Positions 50,232 to 60,792 of a stretch of 64,000 nt of DNA are shown here, one piece after another. The notes under the pieces are model-generated. The model ran no database searches, had not been told where the DNA came from, and worked only from the letters and a program-made list of their open reading frames with translations. The translations under genes were made by a program, and so were the position numbers. The stretch lies in the NCBI RefSeq assembly GCF_988242995.1, contig NZ_OZ547043.1; one strand, written 5' to 3'. Positions within the stretch are counted from its first letter, which is position 1. Every line of letters begins with the position of its first letter.

Positions 50232-51056
50232 ATGACCGAATTTACCACTCTTCTTCAGCAAGGAAACGCCTGGTTCTTCATCCCCAGCGCCATCTTACTT
50301 GGTGCGCTTCATGGCCTGGAACCAGGGCACTCAAAAACGATGATGGCGGCGTTTATCATCGCCATCAAAGGCACCATTAAACAGGCGGTAATGCTCGGAC
50401 TGGCAGCAACCATTTCGCATACCGCAGTGGTCTGGTTGATTGCCTTTGGCGGGATGGTGATCAGCAAGCGCTTTACTGCTCAATCAGCAGAACCGTGGCT
50501 CCAGTTGATTTCCGCAGTGATCATTATTGGCACCGCGTTCTGGATGTTCTGGCGTACCTGGCGCGGCGAACGCAACTGGCTGGAGAATATGCACGAGCAT
50601 GATCATGAACATCATCACCACGATCACGAAGATCACCACGACCATGGACATCATCACCATCACGAACATGGCGAGTATCAGGATGCCCATGCACGAGCCC
50701 ATGCCAATGACATTAAACGACGCTTTGATGGTAGAGAGGTCACCAACTGGCAAATTTTGTTATTTGGCTTAACCGGTGGCCTTATACCCTGCCCGGCAGC
50801 AATTACCGTGCTGTTGATTTGCATTCAGTTGAAAGCCCTGACACTGGGCGCAACACTGGTCGTCAGTTTCAGCATTGGCCTGGCGTTAACGCTGGTCACC
50901 GTAGGCGTTGGCGCAGCAATCAGCGTTCAGCAGGTCGCAAAACGCTGGAGCGGATTTAACACTCTCGCTAAACGCGCCCCCTATTTTTCCAGTCTGTTGA
51001 TTGGCTTAGTTGGTGTGTATATGGGCGTACATGGCTTCATGGGCATAATGCGATAA
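50232..51056 (+). CDS. rcnA: Ni/Co efflux permease RcnA
   Basis: 274 aa with His-rich cytoplasmic loop (HEHDHEHHHHDHEDHHDHGHHHHHEHG). Confidence 0.9.
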   Translation: MTEFTTLLQQGNAWFFIPSAILLGALHGLEPGHSKTMMAAFIIAIKGTIKQAVMLGLAATISHTAVVWLIAFGGMVISKRFTAQSAEPWLQLISAVIIIGTAFWMFWRTWRGERNWLENMHEHDHEHHHHDHEDHHDHGHHHHHEHGEYQDAHARAHANDIKRRFDGREVTNWQILLFGLTGGLIPCPAAITVLLICIQLKALTLGATLVVSFSIGLALTLVTVGVGAAISVQQVAKRWSGFNTLAKRAPYFSSLLIGLVGVYMGVHGFMGIMR

Positions 51057-51274
51057 CTCAATCCTTTAGGCTTGCATGTTATCTTCAGCCCAGGATGATT
51101 CTTAAATCAGCTATTTCCGCTGACTCTCTGCTCGCTAAGGATGCTTTTAGGGCATCCTTTCATTTACACTTTTTACGAAATCATGGGATCACTAACAAAA
51201 TATCGCTTGTCAGTTATATTGTATGGCAGGAAAGATATGCGACTGATATTACAGATCCCCAAAGTGGAGAGTTT

Positions 51275-51613
51275 ATGACCATTAAAAATAAGATGTTGCT
51301 GGGTGCGCTTTTGCTGGTTACCAGTGCCGCCTGGGCCGCACCAGCCACCGCGGGTTCGACCAATACCTCGGGAATTTCTAAGTATGAGTTAAGCAGTTTC
51401 ATTGCTGACTTTAAGCATTTCAAACCAGGCGATACCGTCCCAGAGATGTACCGCACCGATGAGTACAACATTAAGCAGTGGCAGTTACGTAACCTGCCCG
51501 CGCCTGATGCCGGGACGCACTGGACCTATATGGGTGGCGCGTACGTGTTGATCAGCGACACCGACGGTAAAATCATTAAAGCCTACGACGGTGAGATTTT
51601 TTATCATCGCTAA
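51275..51613 (+). CDS. rcnB: Periplasmic protein RcnB (YohN)
   Basis: 112 aa from ATG 51275 (GGAGA RBS) with signal peptide; track start is further upstream. Confidence 0.8.
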   Translation: MTIKNKMLLGALLLVTSAAWAAPATAGSTNTSGISKYELSSFIADFKHFKPGDTVPEMYRTDEYNIKQWQLRNLPAPDAGTHWTYMGGAYVLISDTDGKIIKAYDGEIFYHR

Positions 51614-51638
51614 AAAAAACCCCCTCATCATGAGGGGG
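51612..51638 (-). terminator. Terminator of the yeh operon (overlaps rcnB stop)
   Basis: Hairpin ccccctca-tca-tgaggggg followed on minus strand by U8. Confidence 0.5.
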
Positions 51639-51694
51639 AAATGCAGACACCTTGTTATTTTTTATTATTAGCCACTTGCTCGTCTTGCTTGTTA

Positions 51695-52729
51695 TTAGTC
51701 GTATTTCACGTTGATTAATGCGGTTGCCTCCAGTGCGCCAGATTTTACTTTATTTTTATCATAAACATAGTAACTGGCAGTTACTGGAATTGAGACCGTT
51801 GTATCTGTAATTTTTGACTTCGCCGCAATTTCTTTTAAATTTGTGTACCCTTTGCTGTTATCAGTGATATTTAAAAATGTGACTGGCGAACCATTGCTTT
51901 CAAGCATAAATCCGACTCCATTATCTTCTGCACCTTTCAGGATCGTGTTACTGCCGGCTAACAAATCAGAACTTGATAAATACACCTGCATTCTCCGTGA
52001 TGTTTGATTCTGCTGACCTAATAAATTTTTACAGCGCAGAATAATATCCCCTTTTTTGCTATTTATTGTTGCTTTGTTACCTGTGGTTGGTAATTGTAAA
52101 ATTGGAATACTCTCTAAAGTAATTAATAAATCATCAGGTTTGCAGGTCGTTGTTATCGGGTTATATGACAATGCCAGATTAAAGGAATAGACACCTGCAT
52201 TTTGTGCCAATGCATTTCTGTAGCTATTTACACATGCATCCCATGACTTGCCACCGAATAAACACAGTAAAAATTGTACTGCAGCACTCCCGCGTGTCGA
52301 TGATGAAGCACTGGATAATGTCGCAACACCATTAATCATCACTGAACCGCCACCCCCCGCAGAAACATTCACTTTTGCATTACTGGCCGCAGGTGTCACC
52401 GTTACCGAATAACCACTGGTGAAACTGGTCTGATTATTTGACAACGTGATGTTGTTTTTATTGGTCCATTCAAAATGTAAATTTAATTTAATGGTATCGT
52501 TATAAAGTCCAACAATAATATCCGATGGGCTCATAGGGGTGATAGTATTTGTACTCACGCATGACGAATCATTAAAATTATGCTCATATGTCGCTATTTG
52601 TGTTTGACTAAGTGCAAAATCCCCCTGAACAACCAAATTGTGCTGAACAGATAACTCACTATAACATGCCGCATAGCTCACAGGCATAACTATCATCATT
52701 AATATAAATAGCATTATGCGAATTTCCAT
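51695..52729 (-). CDS. yehA: Fimbrial adhesin-like protein YehA
   Basis: 344 aa with signal peptide; last gene of chaperone-usher cluster. Confidence 0.75.
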   Translation of the reverse strand: MEIRIMLFILMMIVMPVSYAACYSELSVQHNLVVQGDFALSQTQIATYEHNFNDSSCVSTNTITPMSPSDIIVGLYNDTIKLNLHFEWTNKNNITLSNNQTSFTSGYSVTVTPAASNAKVNVSAGGGGSVMINGVATLSSASSSTRGSAAVQFLLCLFGGKSWDACVNSYRNALAQNAGVYSFNLALSYNPITTTCKPDDLLITLESIPILQLPTTGNKATINSKKGDIILRCKNLLGQQNQTSRRMQVYLSSSDLLAGSNTILKGAEDNGVGFMLESNGSPVTFLNITDNSKGYTNLKEIAAKSKITDTTVSIPVTASYYVYDKNKVKSGALEATALINVKYD

Positions 52730-52744
52730 AGAACCACCTGACTA

Positions 52745-55240
52745 TTACTGGCAAATATAATTTCTACTTTCATCAATCTCTTTACCGAAGGTGATTGTGC
52801 ATGAAAGTCCTTGTTGCTTATCAATTGCTACATTAACCGATGGCGGTACTTCATTGGTGCGAATAAATAACTGACTTCCCTGGCCGACAACGCCAATATT
52901 ATGACCGTGGATATCATTGACTTCATAACCAAACGTTAATGGTTGCCCATCCGCTCTTAACGCTTTTATAAACCAGGGCTTGCGCTGATCGGTATCAAAA
53001 TTAACCAGTACAACCGCGCCGCGATAAGGGACGGCAATTTTCCGGTTACCGCGCAATTCTGCTTCGCTATCGCTTTGCGACACATCCAGCATCAGGTGAT
53101 TTTCCCGATAAGGTGTCATTCCGTCGTATACCACCACTCCATTACGGTTTGTTGTGCGATATTTTTGCCCATTGACATAAGCATCTTTAATTCCTGACGC
53201 ATTCATCACAGCAAACGTTTCGGAAAGACGGTTCGCCAGATTAACGCCACCCGACCAGGCGACAATGCCCCCTGAAACACTGGCTCCAGCCTGTCGATAA
53301 GTACTCGACTGACTATAACTGCCATTCACTGTCGCAACCGGCGCGTTCCAGGTCAAATTCGCCCCAGCTGTCGTTTCATTTCCCTGATACTGATGACTCA
53401 GGTTGACCCCATAGTTAAATTGATCCCGGCTTCCAACGGTTCCCGATAATCCCGTATTATTTGAGGCAAAACCCTGATCATCAAACGTCGTTGAGTTAGA
53501 CATATATATTTGCCGACGAGGCGTCGTAACGTCATCACCCCAATCAAAGGGAATCGATATAAAAATATTAAAACGTTTCTCTTCATGATGATTCTCGTCA
53601 TAAGCCTGGCTTGCCGCGAGGGTATAGCTTATCCGTCGCAGGTTGTTGGAATAACTCAACTGATAATCCTTACTGCTGCCGCTACGCCCCCAGTAATCTC
53701 GCCATAACGTACTTAAGGACACAGAACCCCAGCCTTCTGGCAATGACTGGCTCATATTGGCAGAAAAGCTATTTTTACGGCCAAAATCGTTCTGGTAATA
53801 ATCGGCAATGTCATAGATATCGTTTTCATCACGGCGATAATTATCCTTATTGTTTGCCCAAACGTGATCGTTAAATGTCCGGTAATCACGCGACGAATAA
53901 CGCCAGGCCGCCAGACCAAAACGCGTCGACGTTTGGCTCACAAATTTGTTGTAGGCAATTTGATAACTTTGCCCGTCAAACACATCGCCGTTGTCTTGTT
54001 TACTATGCGACTTTGTGGCATCGACGGAAATGGCACCAATGCGTGTATTCCAGCCAGTCCCCAAAGTGAACGCGTAATAATTATTCGCGACCATCGAGCC
54101 ACCATACAGCGTTAATAAGTTATTAAAACCATACTGATAACCCGCCTGGACAAAATCACTTTGTTTGCTCGCCCCTTCAATACGGCTACGACCCGCCGCA
54201 AAATCATATTTCGACACGCCGGGTTGCAGCATATTTGGTACCGCTGCATAAGGCACCAGATAGGTGGTTACCGAACCGTCCGCCTCTTTCACGCTGACAT
54301 CAAGATCCGCTCCACCTCCGGCCAACTGCAAATCTGTAATCGCAAACGGGCCAGGAGGAACCTCTTTCTGATAAACCACAAAACCATTCTGTTCAATAGT
54401 TACCAGCGCGTTACTCTGAGCAATCCCCTGCACCCGTGGCGTAAAATTTTGTTTCGAGTTAGGCAACATCTGCATATCACGAAACAACCGCACACCGCTG
54501 AAGCGAACAGAATCAAAAATATCGCTTGATGTGTACATATCACCCACACGAAGCGTGCCGAGAAGTTGGGCAAATCCACGTTCCAGATACAGGGTATTGC
54601 TTTTCCACACCCCTGGATTGTTATTTGTTTTACTGAAACTGGCATCAGAATGCAGTTGCCACCCCAGTAAGTTTAACCCGCTGTTAAAACGTACATATGT
54701 ACTCTTGCTATTACCGGACGCTTTATAATCGCTGTAATACTGACTCATATAATAAGAGGTATAAAACGCATTAATACCCCGCTCCCAGTTTTCAGGTGGT
54801 ACATAGCCACTTTCCAGTTCTTCCACCCAGGCTTGCGGGACACTGAAATCGAGACGAAAAACTCCGATATCCCAGGTATAGCTCCCGCCCTGAATAAGTT
54901 GCTTAAATGTTAAACATTGCTTACCGCTGGAAAAGTTATCGGTATTAATGCCTAACCGCTTGATAATTTCCCTTGATAAACATGTTTCTTGCGGGTTGTC
55001 TTTAACAATAATCTCATATTTCCCGCGCCATTGCTTATTGACATAAATATCGATGTCATACTGCCCCGGCAAGGGTTGATTATCATCAAGACGAATATTT
55101 GCAACCTGCTGGTCTTTCATTCCACCTATCATAAAATGGGTATCAAAGGTTTCTTCAGCTGCATAAGCTTCAATGCCGAGCAATAACGCTACGATTGCTG
55201 ATGCAAGTGGGGTCATTCTCAACATAGGCAGCTCCTGCAA
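52745..55240 (-). CDS. yehB: Fimbrial outer-membrane usher YehB
   Basis: 831 aa; usher size and position. Confidence 0.85.
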   Translation of the reverse strand: MQELPMLRMTPLASAIVALLLGIEAYAAEETFDTHFMIGGMKDQQVANIRLDDNQPLPGQYDIDIYVNKQWRGKYEIIVKDNPQETCLSREIIKRLGINTDNFSSGKQCLTFKQLIQGGSYTWDIGVFRLDFSVPQAWVEELESGYVPPENWERGINAFYTSYYMSQYYSDYKASGNSKSTYVRFNSGLNLLGWQLHSDASFSKTNNNPGVWKSNTLYLERGFAQLLGTLRVGDMYTSSDIFDSVRFSGVRLFRDMQMLPNSKQNFTPRVQGIAQSNALVTIEQNGFVVYQKEVPPGPFAITDLQLAGGGADLDVSVKEADGSVTTYLVPYAAVPNMLQPGVSKYDFAAGRSRIEGASKQSDFVQAGYQYGFNNLLTLYGGSMVANNYYAFTLGTGWNTRIGAISVDATKSHSKQDNGDVFDGQSYQIAYNKFVSQTSTRFGLAAWRYSSRDYRTFNDHVWANNKDNYRRDENDIYDIADYYQNDFGRKNSFSANMSQSLPEGWGSVSLSTLWRDYWGRSGSSKDYQLSYSNNLRRISYTLAASQAYDENHHEEKRFNIFISIPFDWGDDVTTPRRQIYMSNSTTFDDQGFASNNTGLSGTVGSRDQFNYGVNLSHQYQGNETTAGANLTWNAPVATVNGSYSQSSTYRQAGASVSGGIVAWSGGVNLANRLSETFAVMNASGIKDAYVNGQKYRTTNRNGVVVYDGMTPYRENHLMLDVSQSDSEAELRGNRKIAVPYRGAVVLVNFDTDQRKPWFIKALRADGQPLTFGYEVNDIHGHNIGVVGQGSQLFIRTNEVPPSVNVAIDKQQGLSCTITFGKEIDESRNYICQ

Positions 55241-55915
55241 TTAAATTTTGTCACTAATATAGTTGCCATGGTCATCGATAATGGTCAGATGCCAGTTATT
55301 CGCATTATTACTTTTGACATTAATACTCTGACTTTCTAAGGGGGCAATCATAATAGTTTCATAATTGACTTTGACATTATTAGCTTTGACATCCGAAATC
55401 GTCACCCAATTTGCTGAGTCATTTTTTATCACCAATCCATTGCCACTGCGATTTACCAGTAACTTTTTAAATGTCGCTTTATTTACCGGTGCAATACCCG
55501 CAGGCCGGTAAAACAATTTGATTCTGTTTTGCATTGCAAATTTCAGTGCATTCTTGCCCTCTTGCTCTGGACTATTTGGTGGAATATCCAGAACATTCAG
55601 ATAAAAAATGCTCTCTTTATTAGTGGGTAGTTTATTCGGCATAATTTTGATTTTTACTTGCTGCCCGGAATTTGCCCCTATTTTTGCCACTGGTGGCGTT
55701 AACATGAAAGGAACCTGAATTTTTTCTGGTGGTAACGACGTATCGCCATCATCAATCCACGCCTGCAGCAGCGAAGAACGGTTTCCCTGATTCATCAACT
55801 GCACCATCACTTCTTTATTTTCTGCCGGGTAAATAATACGCGTCCCGTAGATAACAATACCGGCATGTGCAGGAAGGACCATAGAAGAAATGAGTAAAGC
55901 AAATAATCCTTTCAT
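55241..55915 (-). CDS. yehC: Fimbrial periplasmic chaperone YehC
   Basis: 224 aa; PapD-like size and position. Confidence 0.85.
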   Translation of the reverse strand: MKGLFALLISSMVLPAHAGIVIYGTRIIYPAENKEVMVQLMNQGNRSSLLQAWIDDGDTSLPPEKIQVPFMLTPPVAKIGANSGQQVKIKIMPNKLPTNKESIFYLNVLDIPPNSPEQEGKNALKFAMQNRIKLFYRPAGIAPVNKATFKKLLVNRSGNGLVIKNDSANWVTISDVKANNVKVNYETIMIAPLESQSINVKSNNANNWHLTIIDDHGNYISDKI

Positions 55916-55995
55916 CTTAATGCCTCTTAAATTAAAAGGCCGCCATGGGGATAGCGGCCATGTTTATTACCTGGGGAAACTTGAAATTTTATTTA

Positions 55996-56538
55996 TTAAT
56001 CTTGCGCCACACGCATAACCAGAGAAGATAACACATCACCTGATTGCACTGAATTATCTGTCAACTTCAGGTATTTTGCTTTAAACGGAATAGCATATTG
56101 ACCTTCCGCTGTTTTATAACTCTCAATGTTAAAAGGTGCAGAAACATCCAGGACATCGCTGTTATCACCTAAATAGAGATAGTACCCCACGGTATCGTTG
56201 CTACTGGCTATCGCCTTATCGTTTCCGGTTATTTTATCGTTGGTAATCAACGAGAGTTTTACACCAGCAACTTCTTTCGGACAGCTAATTTTTAACATGC
56301 TGCTGGTTACACCGACTGCATCATCATAGGTCGAGTATTTAGCTTTACCTTCAAAGACAGTGGTTGGTACAGTTGGCATATTAATACTTACTGAATCGCC
56401 ACCCGCTTCGAATTTACACGGAGATTCTGCAATATTCCCTTTAATGGTTAATGTTCCGGTATCAACGTCTGCGGCAAATACCCCAGCGCTCATAAAAAAA
56501 GAAGAAAAGACAGCGGCAGCAATAATTGAGCGTTTCAT
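55996..56538 (-). CDS. yehD: Fimbrial major subunit YehD
   Basis: 180 aa with signal peptide; first gene of the cluster. Confidence 0.8.
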   Translation of the reverse strand: MKRSIIAAAVFSSFFMSAGVFAADVDTGTLTIKGNIAESPCKFEAGGDSVSINMPTVPTTVFEGKAKYSTYDDAVGVTSSMLKISCPKEVAGVKLSLITNDKITGNDKAIASSNDTVGYYLYLGDNSDVLDVSAPFNIESYKTAEGQYAIPFKAKYLKLTDNSVQSGDVLSSLVMRVAQD

Positions 56539-56833
56539 AATATGTTCCTTAATAAACTTTATTTTTTGGTTGTTAAGAGTCTGTATCTCTTGGAAACAAA
56601 TTTCTCACATCAAAAAAGTTGCCGCAATGTAAACATATTGTTTTATTGATTTAAAACAAATTAACTATTGCAATATAAATACAACAAATACTTAAGCATA
56701 TTAAATATTTATCACGTCTATTAATTAATGCAGATTTTTGTAAATGGTATTATTGATATCAATAAAAAAGCTGAAATCATTCACACGAATGATTTCAGCT
56801 TTCTAAATCCGATTAAAAAACCAGGGTGGCAAA

Positions 56834-57115
56834 TTAATCGTAGCGATTTAACACGATTCGACGTTTGCTATCGCTACCTGCAACAACCACTTCTGTCGTT
56901 ACACCTTTGACTGGCGAAGAAACCTGATGACGGGTATCAACATCATACGTTAACTGACCACAATGCTGTTGAGGTTGACCATTAACCATAGCCATACTGC
57001 ATGTTGGGGGACTGATCCTGCCATTAATCGCTAATTTGGCAGTCTCTGAAGAGAATGCGGGAGAAGCCAATCCATAGGCAAGAAAAATAATTCCTGACAG
57101 CCAATACTTATTCAT
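56834..57115 (-). CDS. yehE: Small secreted protein YehE
   Basis: 93 aa with signal peptide; K-12 gene order. Confidence 0.7.
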   Translation of the reverse strand: MNKYWLSGIIFLAYGLASPAFSSETAKLAINGRISPPTCSMAMVNGQPQQHCGQLTYDVDTRHQVSSPVKGVTTEVVVAGSDSKRRIVLNRYD

Positions 57116-57377
57116 TGAACGTTATCCCTGTAGTAAAGGTTATGCCTGGATAGAATGAGTGCATAACAAACTATAGCTGTACATCCACTACACAGCCACG
57201 AAGGATGATAATGAAGCATTGCCTGTATGATCAATCGACTTTGTAGAGTTTCGGACGAAGGTCCGCAGAATATTCGCAGCATTAAATAAGTGTTCATTAA
57301 TGCGGCAAAAACAAATACACCGCATCAATGTAACATCTCTGCGGTGTATGAAAAACAACCAAAAAGGTTAATACGCG

Positions 57378-58487
57378 TTAGACCGCGCGGAAGGAAATCT
57401 CGCCTGGAATGACTTCACCCTGCCAGTAGAGCTGAGCTGCAACGCGGTCAGCCAGCTGGCGGTAGATAGCGGTAAATTCGCTCTCCGGACGGCTGATAAC
57501 CGTTGGCGTGCCTTTATCGAGATCTTCACGTAAGGAGATGTGTAACGGCATCTGCCCCAGCAACTGCGTGTGGTATTTCTCGGCCAGTTTCTCTGCACCA
57601 CCGGTACCGAAAATCGGTTCATGGTGACCACAGTTACTGCAAATATGCACACTCATGTTCTCGACAATACCGAGCACCGGAACCTCGACTTTCTCGAACA
57701 TCACAATGCCTTTTTTCGCATCGATCAACGCAATGTCCTGCGGGGTGGTGACCACTACCGCGCCAGTTACTGGAATGTTTTGTGCCAGTGTCAATTGAAT
57801 GTCACCGGTGCCTGGCGGCATATCAAGCACCAGATAGTCGAGATCCGGCCACAAGGTTTCCTGCAACATCTGCATTAACGCCTTGCTCGCCATCGGACCA
57901 CGCCACACCATCGCATTGTCGTCAGTGACCAGATAACCAATTGAATTGGTTGCCAGTCCATGAGACATAATCGGTGCCATATGGGTACCGTCCGGCGAAG
58001 TTGGACGCTGATTTTCTGCGCCCAGCATGGTGGGGATTGATGGGCCGTAGATATCGGCGTCCAGAATGCCGACTTTCGCCCCTTCCGCCGCCAGTGCCAG
58101 CGCCAGGTTTACCGCCGTGGAGGATTTACCCACGCCGCCTTTACCGGAGCTGACCGCAATGATGTTCTTCACGCCGTTAATTCCCGGCTGATTCTTCACG
58201 CGTTTTAAGGTGGCGATATTGTGCGACAGTTTCCAGTCGATAGATTTCGCCCCGGTGATACGCAGCAGTTCGGCGCTACATTGCTCTTTTAACTCTTCGA
58301 ACGCGCTATGCCAGACGAATGGCATAACCAGTTCCACATGCAACGTGTCGTCCATCCAGGCGACATGGTGCAACGCTTTCAGCGTGGTGAGGTTATGCTT
58401 CAGGGTTGGGTGCTGAAAATTGGCCAGTGTCCCGGCGACCATTGCGCGCAAGGCTTCTGGTGATTTGGCCTGGGATTGTTCGTTCAT
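57378..58487 (-). CDS. mrp: Fe-S cluster carrier ATPase Mrp/ApbC
   Basis: 369 aa from ATG 58487 (MNEQSQAKSPEAL...); deviant Walker A GKGGVGKS. Confidence 0.9.
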   Translation of the reverse strand: MNEQSQAKSPEALRAMVAGTLANFQHPTLKHNLTTLKALHHVAWMDDTLHVELVMPFVWHSAFEELKEQCSAELLRITGAKSIDWKLSHNIATLKRVKNQPGINGVKNIIAVSSGKGGVGKSSTAVNLALALAAEGAKVGILDADIYGPSIPTMLGAENQRPTSPDGTHMAPIMSHGLATNSIGYLVTDDNAMVWRGPMASKALMQMLQETLWPDLDYLVLDMPPGTGDIQLTLAQNIPVTGAVVVTTPQDIALIDAKKGIVMFEKVEVPVLGIVENMSVHICSNCGHHEPIFGTGGAEKLAEKYHTQLLGQMPLHISLREDLDKGTPTVISRPESEFTAIYRQLADRVAAQLYWQGEVIPGEISFRAV

Positions 58488-58618
58488 CCCGACTCCTTTT
58501 TTGTATAGATAAACCATCAGCGGATAGTTTACCTGAAGAATATAGAGAAGTACTTACTTAACATTTTCCCATTTGGTACTATCTAACCCCTTTTCACTAT
58601 TAAGAAGTAATGCCTACT

Positions 58619-60652
58619 ATGACTCAAGTCGCGAAGAAAATTCTGGTGACGTGCGCACTGCCGTACGCTAACGGCTCAATCCACCTCGGCCATATGCTGG
58701 AGCACATCCAGGCTGATGTCTGGGTCCGTTACCAGCGAATGCGCGGCCACGAGGTCAACTTCATCTGCGCCGACGATGCCCACGGTACACCGATCATGCT
58801 GAAAGCTCAGCAGCTTGGTATCACCCCGGAGCAGATGATTGGCGAAATGAGTCAGGAGCATCAGACTGATTTTGCAGGCTTTAACATCAGCTATGACAAC
58901 TATCACTCGACGCACAGCGAAGAGAACCGCCAGCTGTCTGAGCTTATCTATACTCGCCTGAAAGAGAACGGTTTTATTAAAAACCGCACCATCTCTCAGC
59001 TGTACGATCCGGAAAAAGGCATGTTCCTGCCGGACCGTTTTGTAAAAGGCACCTGCCCTAAATGTAAAGCGCCAGATCAATACGGCGATAACTGTGAAGT
59101 CTGCGGCGCGACTTACAGCCCGACTGAACTGATCGAGCCGAAATCGGTAGTTTCTGGCGCTACCCCGGTAATGCGTGATTCTGAACACTTCTTCTTTGAT
59201 CTGCCCTCTTTCAGCGAAATGTTGCAGGCATGGACCCGCAGCGGTGCGTTGCAGGAGCAGGTGGCAAACAAAATGCAGGAGTGGTTTGAATCTGGTCTGC
59301 AACAGTGGGATATCTCCCGCGATGCGCCGTACTTCGGTTTTGAAATTCCGAACGCGCCTGGTAAATATTTCTACGTCTGGCTGGACGCACCGATTGGCTA
59401 CATGGGTTCCTTCAAGAATCTGTGCGACAAGCGCGGCGACAGCGTAAGCTTCGATGAATACTGGAAGAAAGACTCCACCGCCGAGCTGTACCACTTCATC
59501 GGTAAAGATATCGTTTACTTCCACAGCCTGTTCTGGCCTGCCATGCTGGAAGGCAGCAACTTCCGTAAGCCGACCAACCTGTTTGTTCATGGCTATGTGA
59601 CGGTGAACGGCGCGAAGATGTCCAAGTCTCGCGGCACCTTTATTAAAGCCAGCACCTGGCTGAATCATTTTGATGCTGACAGCCTGCGTTACTACTACAC
59701 TGCGAAACTCTCTTCGCGCATTGATGATATCGATCTCAACCTGGAAGATTTCGTTCAGCGTGTGAATGCCGATATCGTGAATAAAGTGGTTAACCTGGCA
59801 TCCCGTAACGCTGGCTTTATCAACAAGCGTTTTGACGGCGTGCTGGCAAGCGAACTGGCTGACCCGCAACTGTACAAAACCTTTACTGATGCCGCTGAAG
59901 TGATTGGCGAAGCATGGGAAAGCCGCGAATTTGGTAAAGCTATCCGTGAAATCATGGCATTGGCTGACCTGGCTAATCGCTATGTCGATGAACAGGCTCC
60001 GTGGGTGGTGGCGAAACAGGAAGGCTGCGATGCTGACCTGCAGGCAATTTGCTCGATGGGCATAAACCTGTTCCGCGTGCTGATGACTTACCTGAAGCCG
60101 GTACTGCCGAAACTGACCGAGCGTGCAGAAGCCTTCCTCAATACAGAACTGACCTGGGATGGTATCCAGCAACCGCTGTTGGGCCATAAAGTGAATCCGT
60201 TCAAAGCGCTGTATAACCGCATCGATATGAAGCAGGTTGAAGCACTGGTGGAAGCGTCTAAAGAAGAAGTGAAAGCAGCTGCCGCGCCAGTTACTGGCCC
60301 ACTGGCAGATGATCCGATTCAGGAAACCATCACCTTTGACGACTTCGCTAAAGTTGACCTGCGCGTGGCGTTGATCGAAAACGCAGAGTTTGTTGAAGGT
60401 TCTGACAAACTGCTGCGCCTGACGCTGGATCTCGGCGGTGAAAAACGCAATGTCTTCTCCGGCATTCGTTCTGCTTACCCGGATCCGCAGGCACTGATTG
60501 GTCGTCATACCATTATGGTGGCTAACCTGGCACCACGTAAAATGCGCTTCGGTATCTCCGAAGGCATGGTGATGGCTGCCGGTCCTGGCGGGAAAGATAT
60601 TTTCCTGCTAAGCCCGGATGCCGGTGCTAAACCGGGTCATCAGGTGAAATAA
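58619..60652 (+). CDS. metG: Methionyl-tRNA synthetase
   Basis: 677 aa from ATG 58619 ([25 protein letters not shown]...); HLGH and KMSKS motifs. Confidence 0.95.
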   Translation: MTQVAKKILVTCALPYANGSIHLGHMLEHIQADVWVRYQRMRGHEVNFICADDAHGTPIMLKAQQLGITPEQMIGEMSQEHQTDFAGFNISYDNYHSTHSEENRQLSELIYTRLKENGFIKNRTISQLYDPEKGMFLPDRFVKGTCPKCKAPDQYGDNCEVCGATYSPTELIEPKSVVSGATPVMRDSEHFFFDLPSFSEMLQAWTRSGALQEQVANKMQEWFESGLQQWDISRDAPYFGFEIPNAPGKYFYVWLDAPIGYMGSFKNLCDKRGDSVSFDEYWKKDSTAELYHFIGKDIVYFHSLFWPAMLEGSNFRKPTNLFVHGYVTVNGAKMSKSRGTFIKASTWLNHFDADSLRYYYTAKLSSRIDDIDLNLEDFVQRVNADIVNKVVNLASRNAGFINKRFDGVLASELADPQLYKTFTDAAEVIGEAWESREFGKAIREIMALADLANRYVDEQAPWVVAKQEGCDADLQAICSMGINLFRVLMTYLKPVLPKLTERAEAFLNTELTWDGIQQPLLGHKVNPFKALYNRIDMKQVEALVEASKEEVKAAAAPVTGPLADDPIQETITFDDFAKVDLRVALIENAEFVEGSDKLLRLTLDLGGEKRNVFSGIRSAYPDPQALIGRHTIMVANLAPRKMRFGISEGMVMAAGPGGKDIFLLSPDAGAKPGHQVK

Positions 60653-60662
60653 TCCCCCTTCA

Positions 60663-60693
60663 AGGCGCTGTATCGACAGCGCCTTTTCTTTAT
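60663..60693 (+). terminator. metG rho-independent terminator
   Basis: Hairpin aggcgctg-tatcga-cagcgcct followed by T-rich tract. Confidence 0.6.
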
Positions 60694-60792
60694 AAATTCC
60701 TAAAGTTGTTTTCTTGCGATTTTGTCTCTCTCTAACCCGCATAAATACTGGTAGCATCAGCATTCAACTGGATAAAATTACAGGGATGCAGA

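Noticed and set aside
50580-50700. His-codon-rich repetitive stretch as a possible simple repeat or expansion
   Set aside because: It encodes the native His-rich metal-binding loop of RcnA and is in frame within an intact gene.
58676-60508. 610-aa minus-strand ORF
   Set aside because: Lies entirely antisense to metG, a highly conserved essential gene on the plus strand; a shadow ORF typical of GC-balanced coding sequence.
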